Translations under genes and position numbers: made by a program
Assembly: GCA_032718475.1 (NCBI GenBank)
Contig: JAUCBJ010000831.1
Coordinates: 1-58,722 of the forward strand
Origin: Nemertoderma westbladi
Lineage: Eukaryota > Animalia > Xenacoelomorpha
DNA length: 58,722 bases
Reading direction: 5' to 3'
Shown here: positions 1 to 12,320 of the stretch, one piece after another
Position numbering within the stretch: position 1 is the first letter of the stretch
Layout: each line of letters starts with the position of its first letter
The notes under the pieces: model-generated
Told to the model about the DNA's origin: nothing
Seen by the model: the letters and a program-made list of their open reading frames with translations, nothing else
Databases searched by the model: none

Positions 1-1043
1 ATGGGAATGTGGGAAGGTTGGTAGGAATGTATGAAGATGGGAATGTGGGAAGATGGGAATGCGGGAATGTGGATGGAAATGTGGGAAGGTGGGTGGGAGT
101 GTAGGAGGATGGGAATGTGGGAAGGTGGATGGGAATGCGGGAAGGTGGATGGGAATGTGGGAAGGTTGGTGGGAATGTAGGAAGATTGGAATGTGGATGG
201 GAATGTGGGAAGATGGGAATGCGGGAATGAGGATGGAAATGTGGGAAGATGGGAATGTGGGAAAGTGAGTGGGACTGTAGGAAGATGGAAATGTGGGAAG
301 ATGGGAATGTGGGAAGGTGAGTGGGACTGTAGGAAGATGGGAATGTGGGAAGGTGGATGGGAATGTGGGAAGATGGGAATGCGGAAAGGTGGATGGGAAT
401 GTGGGAAGGTGGGTGGGAATGTAGGAAGATGGTTATGTGGGAAGTTGGGTGGTAATGTAGGAAGATGGGAATGCGGGAAGGTGGATGGCAATGTGGGAAG
501 GTGGATGGGAATGTGGAGAGATGGGAATATGGGAAGGTAGGTGGGAATGTATGAAAATGGTTATGTGGGAAGTTGGGTGGGAATGTAGGAAGATGGGTGG
601 GAATGTGGGAAGATGGATAGGAATCTGGTAAGATGGGAATGCGGGAAGGTGGATGGGAATGTGGGAAGTTGGGCGGAAATGTAGGAAGATGGGAATGCGA
701 GAAGGTGGGTGGGAAGAGGTGGGTAGGAATGTGGGAATGTGGGAAGATGGATGGGAATGTGGGAAGATGGGAACGCGGGAAGGTTGATGGGAATGTAGGA
801 AGTTGGGCGGGAATGTAGGAAGATGGGAATATGGGAAGGCGGATGGGAATGTGGGTAGGTGAGTGGGAATGTGGGAAGGTGGGTGGGAATGTAGGAAGAT
901 GGGAAGGTGGATGGGAGTGTAGGAAGACGGGAATGTGGGAAGGTGGATGGGAATATGGGAAGGTAGATGGGAATGTGGGAAGATGGGTGGGTATGTAGGA
1001 AGAGGGGAATGTAGGGAGATCGGAATGTGGGAAGATGGGAATG
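1..1043. repeat. G/A-rich low-complexity tandem repeat (GGGAATGTGGGAAG-like units)
   Basis: Continuous degenerate gggaatgt(g/a)ggaag(a/g)tgg units; the overlapping ORFs are repeat translations. Confidence 0.95.
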
Positions 1044-1044
1044 A

Positions 1045-1890
1045 CGTTATTTTTACCTACCAATAGATGAAAAGGAGCAGGTTACAGAGGTGGGCTTTTC
1101 TAACCAAAACAATAAACGATATTTTTACCAATTGAGGGATAGGAGCAGGTTACAGAGGCGGGATTTTCTAACCAAAACAATAAACGATATTGTTACCAAT
1201 TGAGGAAAAGGAGCAGGTTTCAGAGGCGGTTTTTTGTAAGCGAAACAATAAACGGTGTTATGCCTACCAATCGAGGGAAAGGAGCCGGTTACAGAGGCGG
1301 GCTTTTCTAACCAAAACAATAAACGATATTGTTACCAATTGAGGAAGAAGAGCAGGTTACAGTGGCGGGATTTTCTAACCAAAACAATAAACAATATTGT
1401 TACCAATTGAGGTAAAGGAGCAGGTTATAGAGGCGGGCTTTTCTATCCAAAACAATAAACTATATTGTTACCAATTGAGGGAAAGGAACAGGTTACAGAG
1501 CCGGGCTTTTCTAACCAAACAATAAACGATATTGTTACCAATTGAGAGAAAGGAGCAGGTTACAGAGGCGGGCTTTTCTAAACAAAACCATAAACGATGT
1601 TGTTACCTACCAATCGAGAGAAAGGAGCAGGTTACAGATGCAGGCTTTTCTAACCAAAACAATAAACGTTGTTATCTACCAATTGAAGGAGAGGAGTAGA
1701 TTACGGAGGCGGCTTTTCTAAACAAAACAATACATTGTTTTTACCTACCAATTGAGAGAGAGGAGCAGGTCACAGCAGCGGGCATTTCTAACCAAAACAA
1801 TAAACGTTGTTGTGTTGTTATTTACCAATTGAGGGAAAGGAGGAGGTTACAGCAACGGGCTTTTCTATCCAAACAATAAACATTGTTATT
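1045..1890. repeat. 68-bp tandem repeat, about 12 copies
   Basis: Unit ttaccaattgagggaaaggagcaggttacagaggcgggcttttctaaccaaaacaataaacgatattg; single copies recur near 23790, 24430 (inverted), 44370 and 49320 (inverted). Confidence 0.93.
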
Positions 1891-1966
1891 CACATCTTCC
1901 CATAATTAATGAATTTATATTGTAAATATTAACCAAACATAAACCAATAACCACATAACATATAAA

Positions 1967-2059
1967 CTGGTAACATATAGCCTCAGTTGTGTTTAATAAA
2001 TAATATAAAACTGTAGACCAAGGTTCAGTATCTCTTCTACAACTCATTGGGAATTCAAA
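1967..2059 (-). pseudogene. Candidate exon of a second FReD paralog (FEFPMSCRRDTEPW...AICYQ)
   Basis: Preceded by a ttttcag acceptor, 31 open codons, homologous to 12230-12320. The donor position reads TT instead of GT. Confidence 0.4.
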
Positions 2060-2992
2060 CTGAAAAATAAATTATAAAAACGTTAAAGTAAGTAATTTTA
2101 GAGTAAAAAAACGTTAACATATTTATCCAGGAACTACCCAAATATATCATATCGTATTTTTTATTTATTTTCCATATAGAAATGTTATAGGAAATTCTTT
2201 AAAGCAAAACCATATAGCAGAATAGTTCATAAAGATGGTGATGGAGGTCATTAGGAATTTTGTGAAATAAAATTAAATGTTAAATTTTTTACACTTTGCG
2301 TTTCCTACCCAATGTAAATGGTTTTACTCAGTAGAATAAAAAATAATTTTATAATTAAATGTAATAGTTAGTTTCCAATCTTCAGTAGTTATCCAGTTTC
2401 TAGTTTAGTAGTTAGTTAGTTCTATTGAAATTATTTAGTAATTTTATATATAAAACTTACAGTTTTATTAAATCCAAACTTGTACTGGCTCCAGCCTATG
2501 ACCCCGTAGGAATTTTATATATGACACAGCTACCAAACATATATGTTTAGAACAGATATGGGACATTTAAAATATAAAATTATTAAAAAACCATCACCAA
2601 ATTTCACCAAATGGTTGCGCTCGTCTTTTAGGGGGTGTTAAACATTGCAACGGAGAAAATTGCCATGGCAACAGCTCTTATAGTAGATATGAGGAGTGAA
2701 AATTTATGAAAGTTTACTATTTTGGATATGAAGAATATAATGGCACATTTAGTTTTTTGAAAATACCATAGCAACCAAGTAAAAACTACGTTCAAAAGTT
2801 AGCAGTATTGACAATGTCCTTAGCAACGGGCTTTAAACGGGTGCCATGTATATGTAGTGGCCGTAGAGTTATGGAATCAGAGTCTACCACCAATATATCA
2901 AGTCTAAGTAACAATACGACTATGCACTACTTGCTTGTTGCTTGCAGTTGCCATGGCAACGGGTACGGCTTTGGCTAGAAACGGGCTATATA

Positions 2993-5085
2993 CAGTCGGG
3001 GTCTCAAAGTGCATCTGGTCTTTGAGATTTTCTCAAAGTTTTTCTAAAAGTGTCTAAAAGTCATTACATTACTCCCAACGGCCGCTTTGAATTCTTGTAG
3101 ACACTTTTGGGAATCTCAAAGTGATTTGCTGCTTTTAGGCACTTTGAATTCTTTGAATTTTTTGAGAAATGTTACTTTGAGGTAGTTTGCGGCACTTTTA
3201 ATTCTTTGAGAAAATAAACTCCGAGGTATTCCTGATTGACAGCTCGTGGTAAGTTAACTGAGAGGCAGAGGCATTCTCGGGGAACAATATTATGCGGGCA
3301 ACAAAGTGATACTGTACTTGTGTGCTGGCCAGTTGTTGCATAGAAGCTATATTCCCATTAATTTATCAAATTGAGGTTCCTGAGGTCATTACGGGATGGG
3401 TTTTCGGTCGCAAGTACAAATTGAATTTACGGCACCCTAAAGTCTTTCTAAAAAACATTCATTCAAATAATACATGAAACATAATTTGTGAAACAAGATT
3501 AATGCTTGACAAGATTGATTATTTTAATAACATAATACAATATCAGATTAACAATTAATATAAGAGAAACTTCTCTGTAGTTTCTCTGTGTATACGCAGT
3601 TTCATTATAATGACCTAAAGAAGCCCTGTTGGGAGAAAGCTTGTAATAACATTTGTTATTCATTTCATTAGTCACCTCAGGTCAAACCGTACTACCTTTA
3701 CTGTTTAATTAATATGATAACTATGTTGACGAGAGCGCGAGAATTCCTTCTTAAAAACTAAGAAAGGCTTTCGACTTTCAAGTACGATAGAACGGCTACA
3801 ATCTTGTGTTGTTTTAGCTTAATAGAGATATTAAAATATCCCCTGCCGCTGGCGTTTATATTTGAGCATATTTTAAATGTTTGCCTCATATTCAATTGAT
3901 GTGTACCGCCTTCTGGCAAAGGGTCACCCAGTTTAAACTATCAATCACAGCTAGTGAGTAGCGACCCACAGTCGGCGACCTTCAAACAAACAGGTGCAGA
4001 GTCGGAAAGAACTGTCACATGCTTTGCTTGGCTTGTGGTACCATTTGATTACATAATAGATTTTGGCAGACTGGGCGGTCGCTCTGACCATATGCATTGC
4101 GCACCAACAATGCCTAAAACATCTATGGGAACAGCCAATTAGTGCGCTTGAATCATTTATCTTTATTCCTGCCTCTATCGTTATTCTTTACTTTGTATAA
4201 CACAATTTACAGTGCGGCAAAGAATGGCTGGTTGACCATTGAAATGCATTGGTAAAGGTATTCGGCGTTCACGTGGGCTAAACAAATTTAAACAGTACAG
4301 TTTTAGCACTATACATTAATATAGATAGGGCAACAGACAAACTGTCTATGACACAAATACCAACACATTCCGATAGCCTGCAATTACGGCGTCTCTAAAG
4401 AGCCCAAATATAAATTAATAAAATCCTCTATGAAACAATAAAAATTCCTACAAAAAATACTGCTGTATTAAATATTAGTTACTGCAGTAACATATAACAA
4501 TTACTGCAGTAACAAATATTTATTACTGCAGTAATAAATATTTATTACTGCAGTAATAAATATTTATTACTGCAGTAATAAATATTTATTACTGCAGTAA
4601 TAAATATTTATTACAGCAGTAACAAATATTTATTACTGCAGTAACAAATATTTATTACTGCAATAATCAATATTAATAAATTAATAAATAATTGAATAAA
4701 AATTAATACTGCAGTAATCAATATTAATAAATAATTGAATAAAAATTTATACTGCAGTAACAAATTATTTGTTACTGCAGAAAAATACAATTTTTTATTA
4801 CTGCAGCAAGTTTAATTCTTACTTTCAGTAACAAATATTTATTACTGCAGTATTTTTTGAAGGCATCTTTATTGTTTCATAGAGGTTTTTATTTCTTATA
4901 TTTTACCCTTTAGTAGTCAAAGTCAATATACCCCATACCATAGCCAGCTTCAGACAGGACTGTATGAAATGACTGACAGTACTGCGTTGAAATCTTTGAG
5001 GACACTTTGTAATTTTCTTGGACCACTTTTAGAAATTTGAGACACTTTTAACTCAAAGAACAGATGCACTTTGAGACCCCGACTG
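2993..5085. mobile_element. Non-autonomous Tc1/mariner-superfamily-like element nested in the foldback
   Basis: Perfect 25-bp TIR cagtcggggtctcaaagtgcatctg; TA duplication confirmed by the empty site (gctatatattagc) in the opposite foldback arm. No transposase ORF. Confidence 0.9.
4395..4913. mobile_element. Palindromic MITE-like element with internal 21-bp ttactgcagtaataaatattt-type repeats
   Basis: Inverted ends (cctctatgaaacaataaa / tttattgtttcatagagg) enclosing palindromic ttactgcagtaa repeats. Confidence 0.7.
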
Positions 5086-6209
5086 TATTAGCCGTAGCGT
5101 CATTAAATCAACCTCCACCCCCACTATATCGAGTATAAGGAAAAATATGCAATATGTTTCAGTTTCTAGATGCCATGGCAACTTATCAGAATTGTCAACG
5201 AAGTGTTTTTCATATCAATTTGCTGTTTTGACTACATAAAAGAGCGCATTTTGAAATCTGAGTGAAGTTTACATGATCATACTGTATATTTAGAGATATT
5301 TCATTTGTCATAACTTTTATGCCCTATAACATTCTTAAATAAATGAAATGACATTGTGTTAAGAATTGCAATTACGACAGTAATCAGTGCACATAACACC
5401 GTTAGGACTAGGCCTTCAAGAACAAGAACAGTGCGCATGCTAGCCGCTAGGGGGCTACATGTCTAAACATTAATTGTCCTTCCATTTCTTTGCTTTTATT
5501 CCGTTTGTTAAGGTAAAACTTGGCATATAATGTACTAGACAAAATGCTGCGACTTTGCCAGGAGGTTGATCGGCCAGCAGTTCTCTAGTCTGCCGCTAGT
5601 GGACGCGTGCCATACATAATATATCAACCTCTCTTATACTGTATGTCAAAAACGATTGTTTGAAAGAACCATATAAATTCGAATGCGCTCTTTTATATAC
5701 AGTATATATATATTAGACATTTCGCACTCTGTCGGTAGACTTGAGAACTGCAAACGGATTAGCCTCAGTCTCCCTTGAAATATACAACTGTGCTCTCGTA
5801 CATATCTGCCAAGTTTTACCTTGAACGGAATAAAAGCAAAGAAATGGAAGAACATTTAATGTTTACACATGTAGCCCCCTAGCGGTTTGCATGCTCACTG
5901 TTTAATTGTTCTTGTAGGCCTAACTGTATTATGTGCACTGATTACTGCACTGTTACTTGCAATTCTTAACACAATGTAATTTTATTTCTTTAAGAATGTT
6001 ACACAGTAGTACATAAAGTGATGACAAATGTAATATCTCTAAATACAAGTAGGCTTATCATGAAACCACACTCAAAATGGGCAATCTTATGTACTCTTAT
6101 TTAGTTTAAGAGTGATATGAAAAACACTTTGTTAACAATTCTGACAAGTTGCCATGGCATCTAGAAACTGAAACATATTGCATATTTTTCCTTATATCGA
6201 TATGTTATA

Positions 6210-6484
6210 GGTTCCACCTTGGTGTAGTGGTTGCATTGAATTCACATCTCCCGTAGGTCGTGGGTTCGATCCTCAATGGGCCAGGGCAGTTTTCGTTTCG
6301 GCACTTTAAAGGGACCAGCCAGGGCGCATCTCTGCCTTGCATCCTTACGTGGTAGCTAAATGAGTACTGGAGTTTCCTCTGGGGAGTAAAGTTATGTGGG
6401 GACCGCACTGGAAATAAGTCGTCAGACTTTGTGCGTAATCCCTGGCCTAGCGGCCGAAGAAAATTTACTTTACTTTTACTTTTA
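6210..6484 (+). mobile_element. tRNA-derived SINE
   Basis: A-box-like tggtgtagtgg, B-box ggttcgatcc, 3' stem-loop and (tttac)n tail; absent from the matching position in the other foldback arm. Confidence 0.85.
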
Positions 6485-6804
6485 TATAGTGGGGGTTGCG
6501 GAGGTTGATTTTAATGACGCTACCGCTAATATATAGCATGTATCTAGCCAAAGTTACCCGTTGCCATGGCAAATGCAAACAAGCAAGTAGTGCATATTGT
6601 TCCTTAGACTTGATATATTGGTGGTAGACTCTGATCCGATGACGTTAAGAATACTGCAAATGCATTACGCCCGTTTAAAGCCCGTTGCTAAGGAAATTGT
6701 CAATAGTGCTAACTTTGAAGGTTGTTTTCACTTAGTTGCTATGGTATTGTACTATGGTATGGTACTAAATATGCCATTAAATTCTTCATATCCAAAATAC
6801 TGTA

Positions 6805-7603
6805 TGTAAGCGGATCCATTCCGTTATACACTTCCTACCAATAAATGGGGGGTGAACTGATTTATCAATGAGTTAAGGTATACAGCCAATAAAGCATACC
6901 TGAGAATGGATGATGCACTAGGGCTAGCCAAGATGTGGTTTAACAGCCTACCTCAGGGAATACAGGCTATCATAGGCTCAAGTTATCAATGAGTTAAGGT
7001 ATGCAGCCAATAAAGCATACCTGAGAATGGATGATGTAATAGGGCTAGCCAAGAGGTGGTTTAACAGCCTACCTCAGGGAATACAGGCTATCATAGGCTC
7101 AAGTTATCAATGAGTTAAGGTATGCAGCCAATAAAGCATACCTGAGAATGGATGATGTAATAGGGCTAGCCAAGAGGTGGTTTAACAGCCTACCTCAGGG
7201 AATACAGGCTATCATAGGCTCAAGGGAGATAGGGCATATGGGGCGATATTAACCGACCAATGGGAGGGCCACAAGTGGCAATTGGGATGTGTTGGCCAAT
7301 TATACGTGTTAAAGCATATCTAATGTGTTTTCCCTATTTCCATATATTGATATTACGTGCCTACCAACTCAGTTGTCTATATTATTCAGGTAGGATGTCG
7401 CACAGTTTTCACCGTCGTCCGTAGCCTATTTAATTATACTGAATGAGCTGTAATCTGTTTAACGGTAAATATTGCAAGCTATCATTAACAACGATGTTTA
7501 ACACCCGGCCTTCGGCCTTCAATATTATCAACGCGGCGACGCAGAAACACTACACCAATCAATCCGGTTGGGATCCCACTAGCCAACCAGGATCCCGTCG
7601 CAA
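6805..7603 (+). mobile_element. Degenerate LTR-retroelement-like insertion containing a 121-bp triplication
   Basis: Absent from the left foldback arm; TG...CA ends with an imperfect inverted repeat (tgtaagcggatcc / ggatcccgtcgca). The repeat unit translates as FINELRYTANKAY...WFNSLPQGIQAII, reminiscent of Gypsy gag. No clear TSD. Confidence 0.45.
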
Positions 7604-7790
7604 AAAATCTTCAAACAATTTAACTCGTCATATCTACTATAAGAGCTGTTGCTATGGTAATTTTCTCCGTTGCTATGTTTAATACCCCCTAAAAAACGAG
7701 CGCAACCATTTGGTGAAATCTACCCAAATTTTTTTAATGTCCCACTGTACTAAACATCTATGTAGGGTAGTTGAGTCATATATAAAATTC

Positions 7791-8306
7791 CTACGGGGTC
7801 AAAGGTTGTTGCCTGTAATAAATCTTCATTTCAACTCGAGAAGCCGGACTCTTTTCAGTAACATGATACCAATAAGATCCTTTATCATCCTCCACACCAT
7901 ATTCTCCGTTCAAGTTACTGGCCATGCAGGCCCTGTACCACCACCCTCCAGTATAATCTACGGCGCAGTTGCCGATGTTCCACCAGTCATTATCGCGGTC
8001 CTTGGTGCTGAATGGGATACGGTTGTGATATAACAATGCGTTACCAGCAGTACCACGGTAACCGGATACAAATAGGCGATAATTAGTTGCAGCTGATCCG
8101 ATAGAGAAGTTGTTGTATTCCGCATATTTGTGTTCGTTGTTGTACCACAAATCGACTCTCAACTTCACCCCGCCATCACTCAGCTTGTGGATCTTCTCCA
8201 ACCCCAACCAAAAATTGGTATTCGGGTCGCCAAATCCTTCAACGTATTCAGTCCAGTTTCGATAGAAGTCAACAGATCCATCAACTCTTTGTTGAATCTT
8301 TATCCC
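7791..8306 (-). CDS. Fibrinogen-related domain protein (FReD; ficolin/tachylectin/angiopoietin-like), terminal exon
   Basis: Motifs IQQRVDGSVDFYRNW, FWLGLEKIH, FSTKDRDND, GGWWYRAC...NLNG and VEMKI; phase-0 acceptor ttgtttggacag ending at 8307. Confidence 0.93.
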   Translation of the reverse strand, partial: GIKIQQRVDGSVDFYRNWTEYVEGFGDPNTNFWLGLEKIHKLSDGGVKLRVDLWYNNEHKYAEYNNFSIGSAATNYRLFVSGYRGTAGNALLYHNRIPFSTKDRDNDWWNIGNCAVDYTGGWWYRACMASNLNGEYGVEDDKGSYWYHVTEKSPASRVEMKIYYRQQPLTP

Positions 8307-8515
8307 CTGTCCAAACAAGAATTGGGTAAAAAAACTAACATCCTTCTTAAGCTCATTTTTTTATTTAATTGTACTTATTTTCCACTCATTTCATATAAAT
8401 CTAATTAACGAATCAACTTCTTTAATGCCCATTAATTAAAAATAAATAATTACCTTGTTTTTCACTACTAATAATACACGTTCGTGGGGCCTTCGCGCAG
8501 CAAGAGGCTCAGTTA

Positions 8516-11498
8516 CCGTGGTGTGGGGTAACTTAGGCCAGTGGGGTAACTTAGGCCATTTTTGAAAAGTTTACTATTTTCATTTCCAAATTGAAAAGTA
8601 CTGTAATGCACAGCTCACATGGTTACATGGAAATGGTCTTAATCGAAAGCACAACAATCAGACTATACGTTAAACGCCTAATATTGCTGCTATTTTCTAG
8701 TTAATATGTTGTATTTCATATTTTAAAAAAGTTAAGTTTTTTCGAGGAAAAATATAGGTATTTTGAGTTGCCCCTTTTCTCGAAGGGGGATCATGGTCTC
8801 TGTATTAAACTATACTCATAAGGTGTATAGATATACCAACCTAACCAACATAACGGTGTATAGATATATCAACCTAACCAACATAACGGTGTACAGATAC
8901 ACCAACCTAACCAACATAATGGTGTACAGATACACCAACCTAACCAACATAACGGTGTACAGATACACCAACCTAACCAACATAACGGTGTACAGATACA
9001 CCAACCTAACCAATATAACGGTGTACAGATACAGATACACCAACCTAACCAACATAACGGTGTACAGATATACCAACCTAACCAACATATCGGTGTACAG
9101 ATACACCAACCTTACCAACATAACGGTGTACCGATATACCAACCTAACCAACATAACGGTGTACAGATACACCAACCTAACCAACATAACGGTGTACAGA
9201 TACACCAACCTAACCAACATAACGGTGTACAGGAGATATACCAACCTAACCAACATAACGGTGTACAGATATACCAACCTAACCAACATAACGGTGTACA
9301 GATACACCAACCTAACCAATATAACGGTGTACAGATACAGATACACCAACCTAACCAACATAACGGTGTACCGATATACCAACCTAACCAACATATCGGT
9401 GTACAGGAGATATACCAACCTAACCAACATAACGGTGTACCGATATACCAACCTAACCAACATATCGGTGTACAGATATACCAACCTAACCAACATAACG
9501 GTGTACAGATACACCAACCTAACCAACATAACGGTGTACTGGAGATATACCAACCTAACCAACGTAACGGTGTACAGATATACCAACCTAACCAACATAA
9601 CGGTGTACCGATATACCAACCTAACCAACATATCGGTGTACAGGAGATATACCAACCTAACCAACATAACGGTGTACAGATACACCAACCTAACCAATAT
9701 AACGGTGTACAGATACAGATACACCAACCTAACCAACATAACGGTGTACCGATATACCAACCTAACCAACATATCGGTGTACAGATATACCAACCTAACC
9801 AACATAAAAGGTGTACAGTACAGATATACCAACCTAACCAACATAACGGTGTACCGATATACCAACCTAACCAACATATCGGTGTACAGGAGATATACCA
9901 ACCTAACCAACATAACGGTGTACAGATACACCAACCTAAACAATATAACGGTGTACAGATACAGATACACCAACCTAACCAACATAACGGTGTACCGATA
10001 TACCAACCTAACCAACATATCGGTGTACAGATATACCAACCTAACCAACATAAAAGGTGTACAGTACAGATATACCAACCTAACCAACATAACGGTGTAC
10101 CGATATACCAACCTAACCAACATATCGGTGTACAGGAGATATACCAACCTAACCAACATAACGGTGTACAGATATACCAACCTAACCAACATAACGGTGT
10201 ACAGTACAGATATACCAACCTAACCAACATAACGGTGTACAGTACAGATATACCAACCTAACCAACATATCGGTGTACAGATACACCAACCTAACCAACA
10301 TATCGGTGTACAGGAGATATACCAACCTAACCAACATAACGGTGTACAGATACACCAACCTAACCAACATAACGGTGTACAGATATAACAACCAACCAAC
10401 ATAACGGTGTACAGATACACCAACCTAACCAACATAACGGTGTACAGATACACCAACCTAACCAACATAACGGTGTACAGATTTAACAACCAACCAACAT
10501 AACGGTGTACAGATACACCAACCAACCAACATAACGGTGTACAGATATAACAACCAACCAACATAACGGTGTACAGATACACCAACCTAACCAACATAAC
10601 GGTGTACAGATACACCAACCTAACCAACATATCGGTGTACAGATACACCAACCTAACCAACATGATTTAAAACTATTATTGTTAACGTTTTGTCTGTGTC
10701 TGTCGTCAGTGTGTCTGTCCAGTTGTCAGTTGAAGGCTCAAATATTATAATTCAGTAAATATTTTCATTTCACAGCCTAGTTTCTTTTACATATTCTGAT
10801 AACTAAATAGAGAATAGAGTCACAACGAAGTATGAAAAATCTAATCTCATTTTTTTTTCCTTCGGATACTCTTACCGGATCCAGATGAAACTTCGATAAT
10901 AATAATAAGTAGAAGTAATAATTAAAGATAGATAAGTAAATAATAAACATTTCAATTGTTGCTGATACAAAATCAGTCCAGTAACTACGGGTATGTACGA
11001 CATGTCAAAATGTGGCATTTTTAACGCTCTTTCACGTGGTATGCTTTTTATGCTGAACTGAAACCATGTCTTTCGCTCAGAACTTTCAAAAGGTTACCGA
11101 ACGTAAAAAGAATTTTTCAATAAATAATAAACATTTCAATTATTGCTGATACAATATCACTCTACTATGTATACGTCAGTCAAAATGTGGCATTTTAACG
11201 CTCTTTCACATGGTATAATTCTTAAACTGGTACAACTTAAGCCACTCTGCCCACAGTAAAATATATGGAAGCAAAACCACAAGTGGCATAAGTTACCCCA
11301 CTTGACAATTTCACTTAGGCCACCATGTTTTTCGGCAATATCTCGGATTCGGTACACCGTTTAGTCTTTCCTATTGGCAGATCTGTAGATCTAATACAGA
11401 CCCAACTTTTAAGATATTGATCACAAACACAACCAACGTAGTACAGAAATTATTACCACTCAAATTTTGAAATTGGTCTAAGATACCCCACACCACGG
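8516..11498. mobile_element. Non-autonomous TA-flanked (Tc1/mariner/pogo-like) DNA transposon in the FReD intron
   Basis: 25-bp TIR ccgtggtgtggggta(a/t)cttag(g/a)cca with TA at 8514-8515 and 11499-11500; subterminal ggggtaactt repeats; internal duplication of about 10935-11050 at 11120-11220. Confidence 0.85.
8822..10662. repeat. 33-bp minisatellite, about 55 copies
   Basis: Unit agatataccaacctaaccaacataacggtgtac; lies inside the element 8516-11498. Confidence 0.97.
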
Positions 11499-12229
11499 TA
11501 TCAGATACAGACTAAAATCGAGCAATTCTATCCCAAAATCCGTATTTAAGAAATTTAACCAAACCGCCAATAAGAATAAATCAAATAAAGTCCCCCCCCC
11601 CTTCAAACCCACTCTTAATCTGCACCACCCCAACCCAAAAGCGCACAGAGGATTAAGGGGGGAGTACACCACCTATATTCATCATACAATCCTCGTTTTC
11701 TTTATTGCTTGCACTTGCTCGCTTTGCTCGTTCATAAAAAATCACTCAGCGCCATAAATGCTGTGAAATAGTGCTACTTAACACACAATACTGTCAATAA
11801 CAGCATAGTTTTAACATCAGGAAAGGAGGGGGGGGGGGGGGGGGGGGGGGGTTACAGGAAAGCACCGATTATTTTATAAATTCAATACATTATACTTTTC
11901 CTAATTAGCAACAATATACTTCTTGAAACTTGTCAGTTGACATTGGAGGTGCCAATTCTATGTTATATATACTTATTCACATTTATCCATCTAAAAATCA
12001 ATCGGCCCACTAATTTAGTGGTCCTGCTGCAGCTTGGCAGGTCGTGGTTTAGTAGGTCATGGGTGAGATGATTGGACAGGTTCCCAACTAATAGGCAATA
12101 GCAAGCATAGGGGGTTTGACGGGAATCAGTGGGGATTTGATTCAGACTGTCCGTATATAAAGTTAAGTCATTGAAACTATAATTAATTAATTTATATTGT
12201 AAATATTAACCAAACATAAAGCATATAAC

Positions 12230-12320
12230 CTGGCAACATATAGCAATTGTGTTTAATGAATCATATAGAACTGTAGGCCAAAGGTACAGTATCTCTGCTA
12301 CAACTCATTGGGAATTCAAG
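12230..12320 (-). pseudogene. Candidate FReD middle exon with a +1 frameshift (LEFPMSCSRDTVP/WPTVLYDSLNTIAICCQ)
   Basis: Ends CAG|gttata in phase 0 and would supply the missing N-terminal Cys pair. It has one extra T relative to the paralog at 1967-2059, and its acceptor is unclear. Confidence 0.4.

Larger units (their letters stand above)
2485..7815. mobile_element. Foldback-type non-autonomous DNA transposon with about 1.1-kb inverted arms and three nested insertions
   Basis: 2485-2990 plus 5088-5640 is the reverse complement of 5650-6203, 6484-6800 and 7605-7815. TA flanks both ends (2483-2484, 7816-7817). Confidence 0.8.

Noticed and set aside
53-818. G/W/M-rich short ORFs
   Set aside because: Products of low-complexity repeat.
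6210-6285. Functional tRNA gene
   Set aside because: Has A/B boxes but no convincing cloverleaf, and continues into a SINE body and tail.
8763-10663. ORFs of 486, 458 and 372 aa
   Set aside because: Translations of a 33-bp minisatellite, open on both strands and lying inside a transposon within an intron. Most indels are multiples of 3, but there is no other coding evidence.
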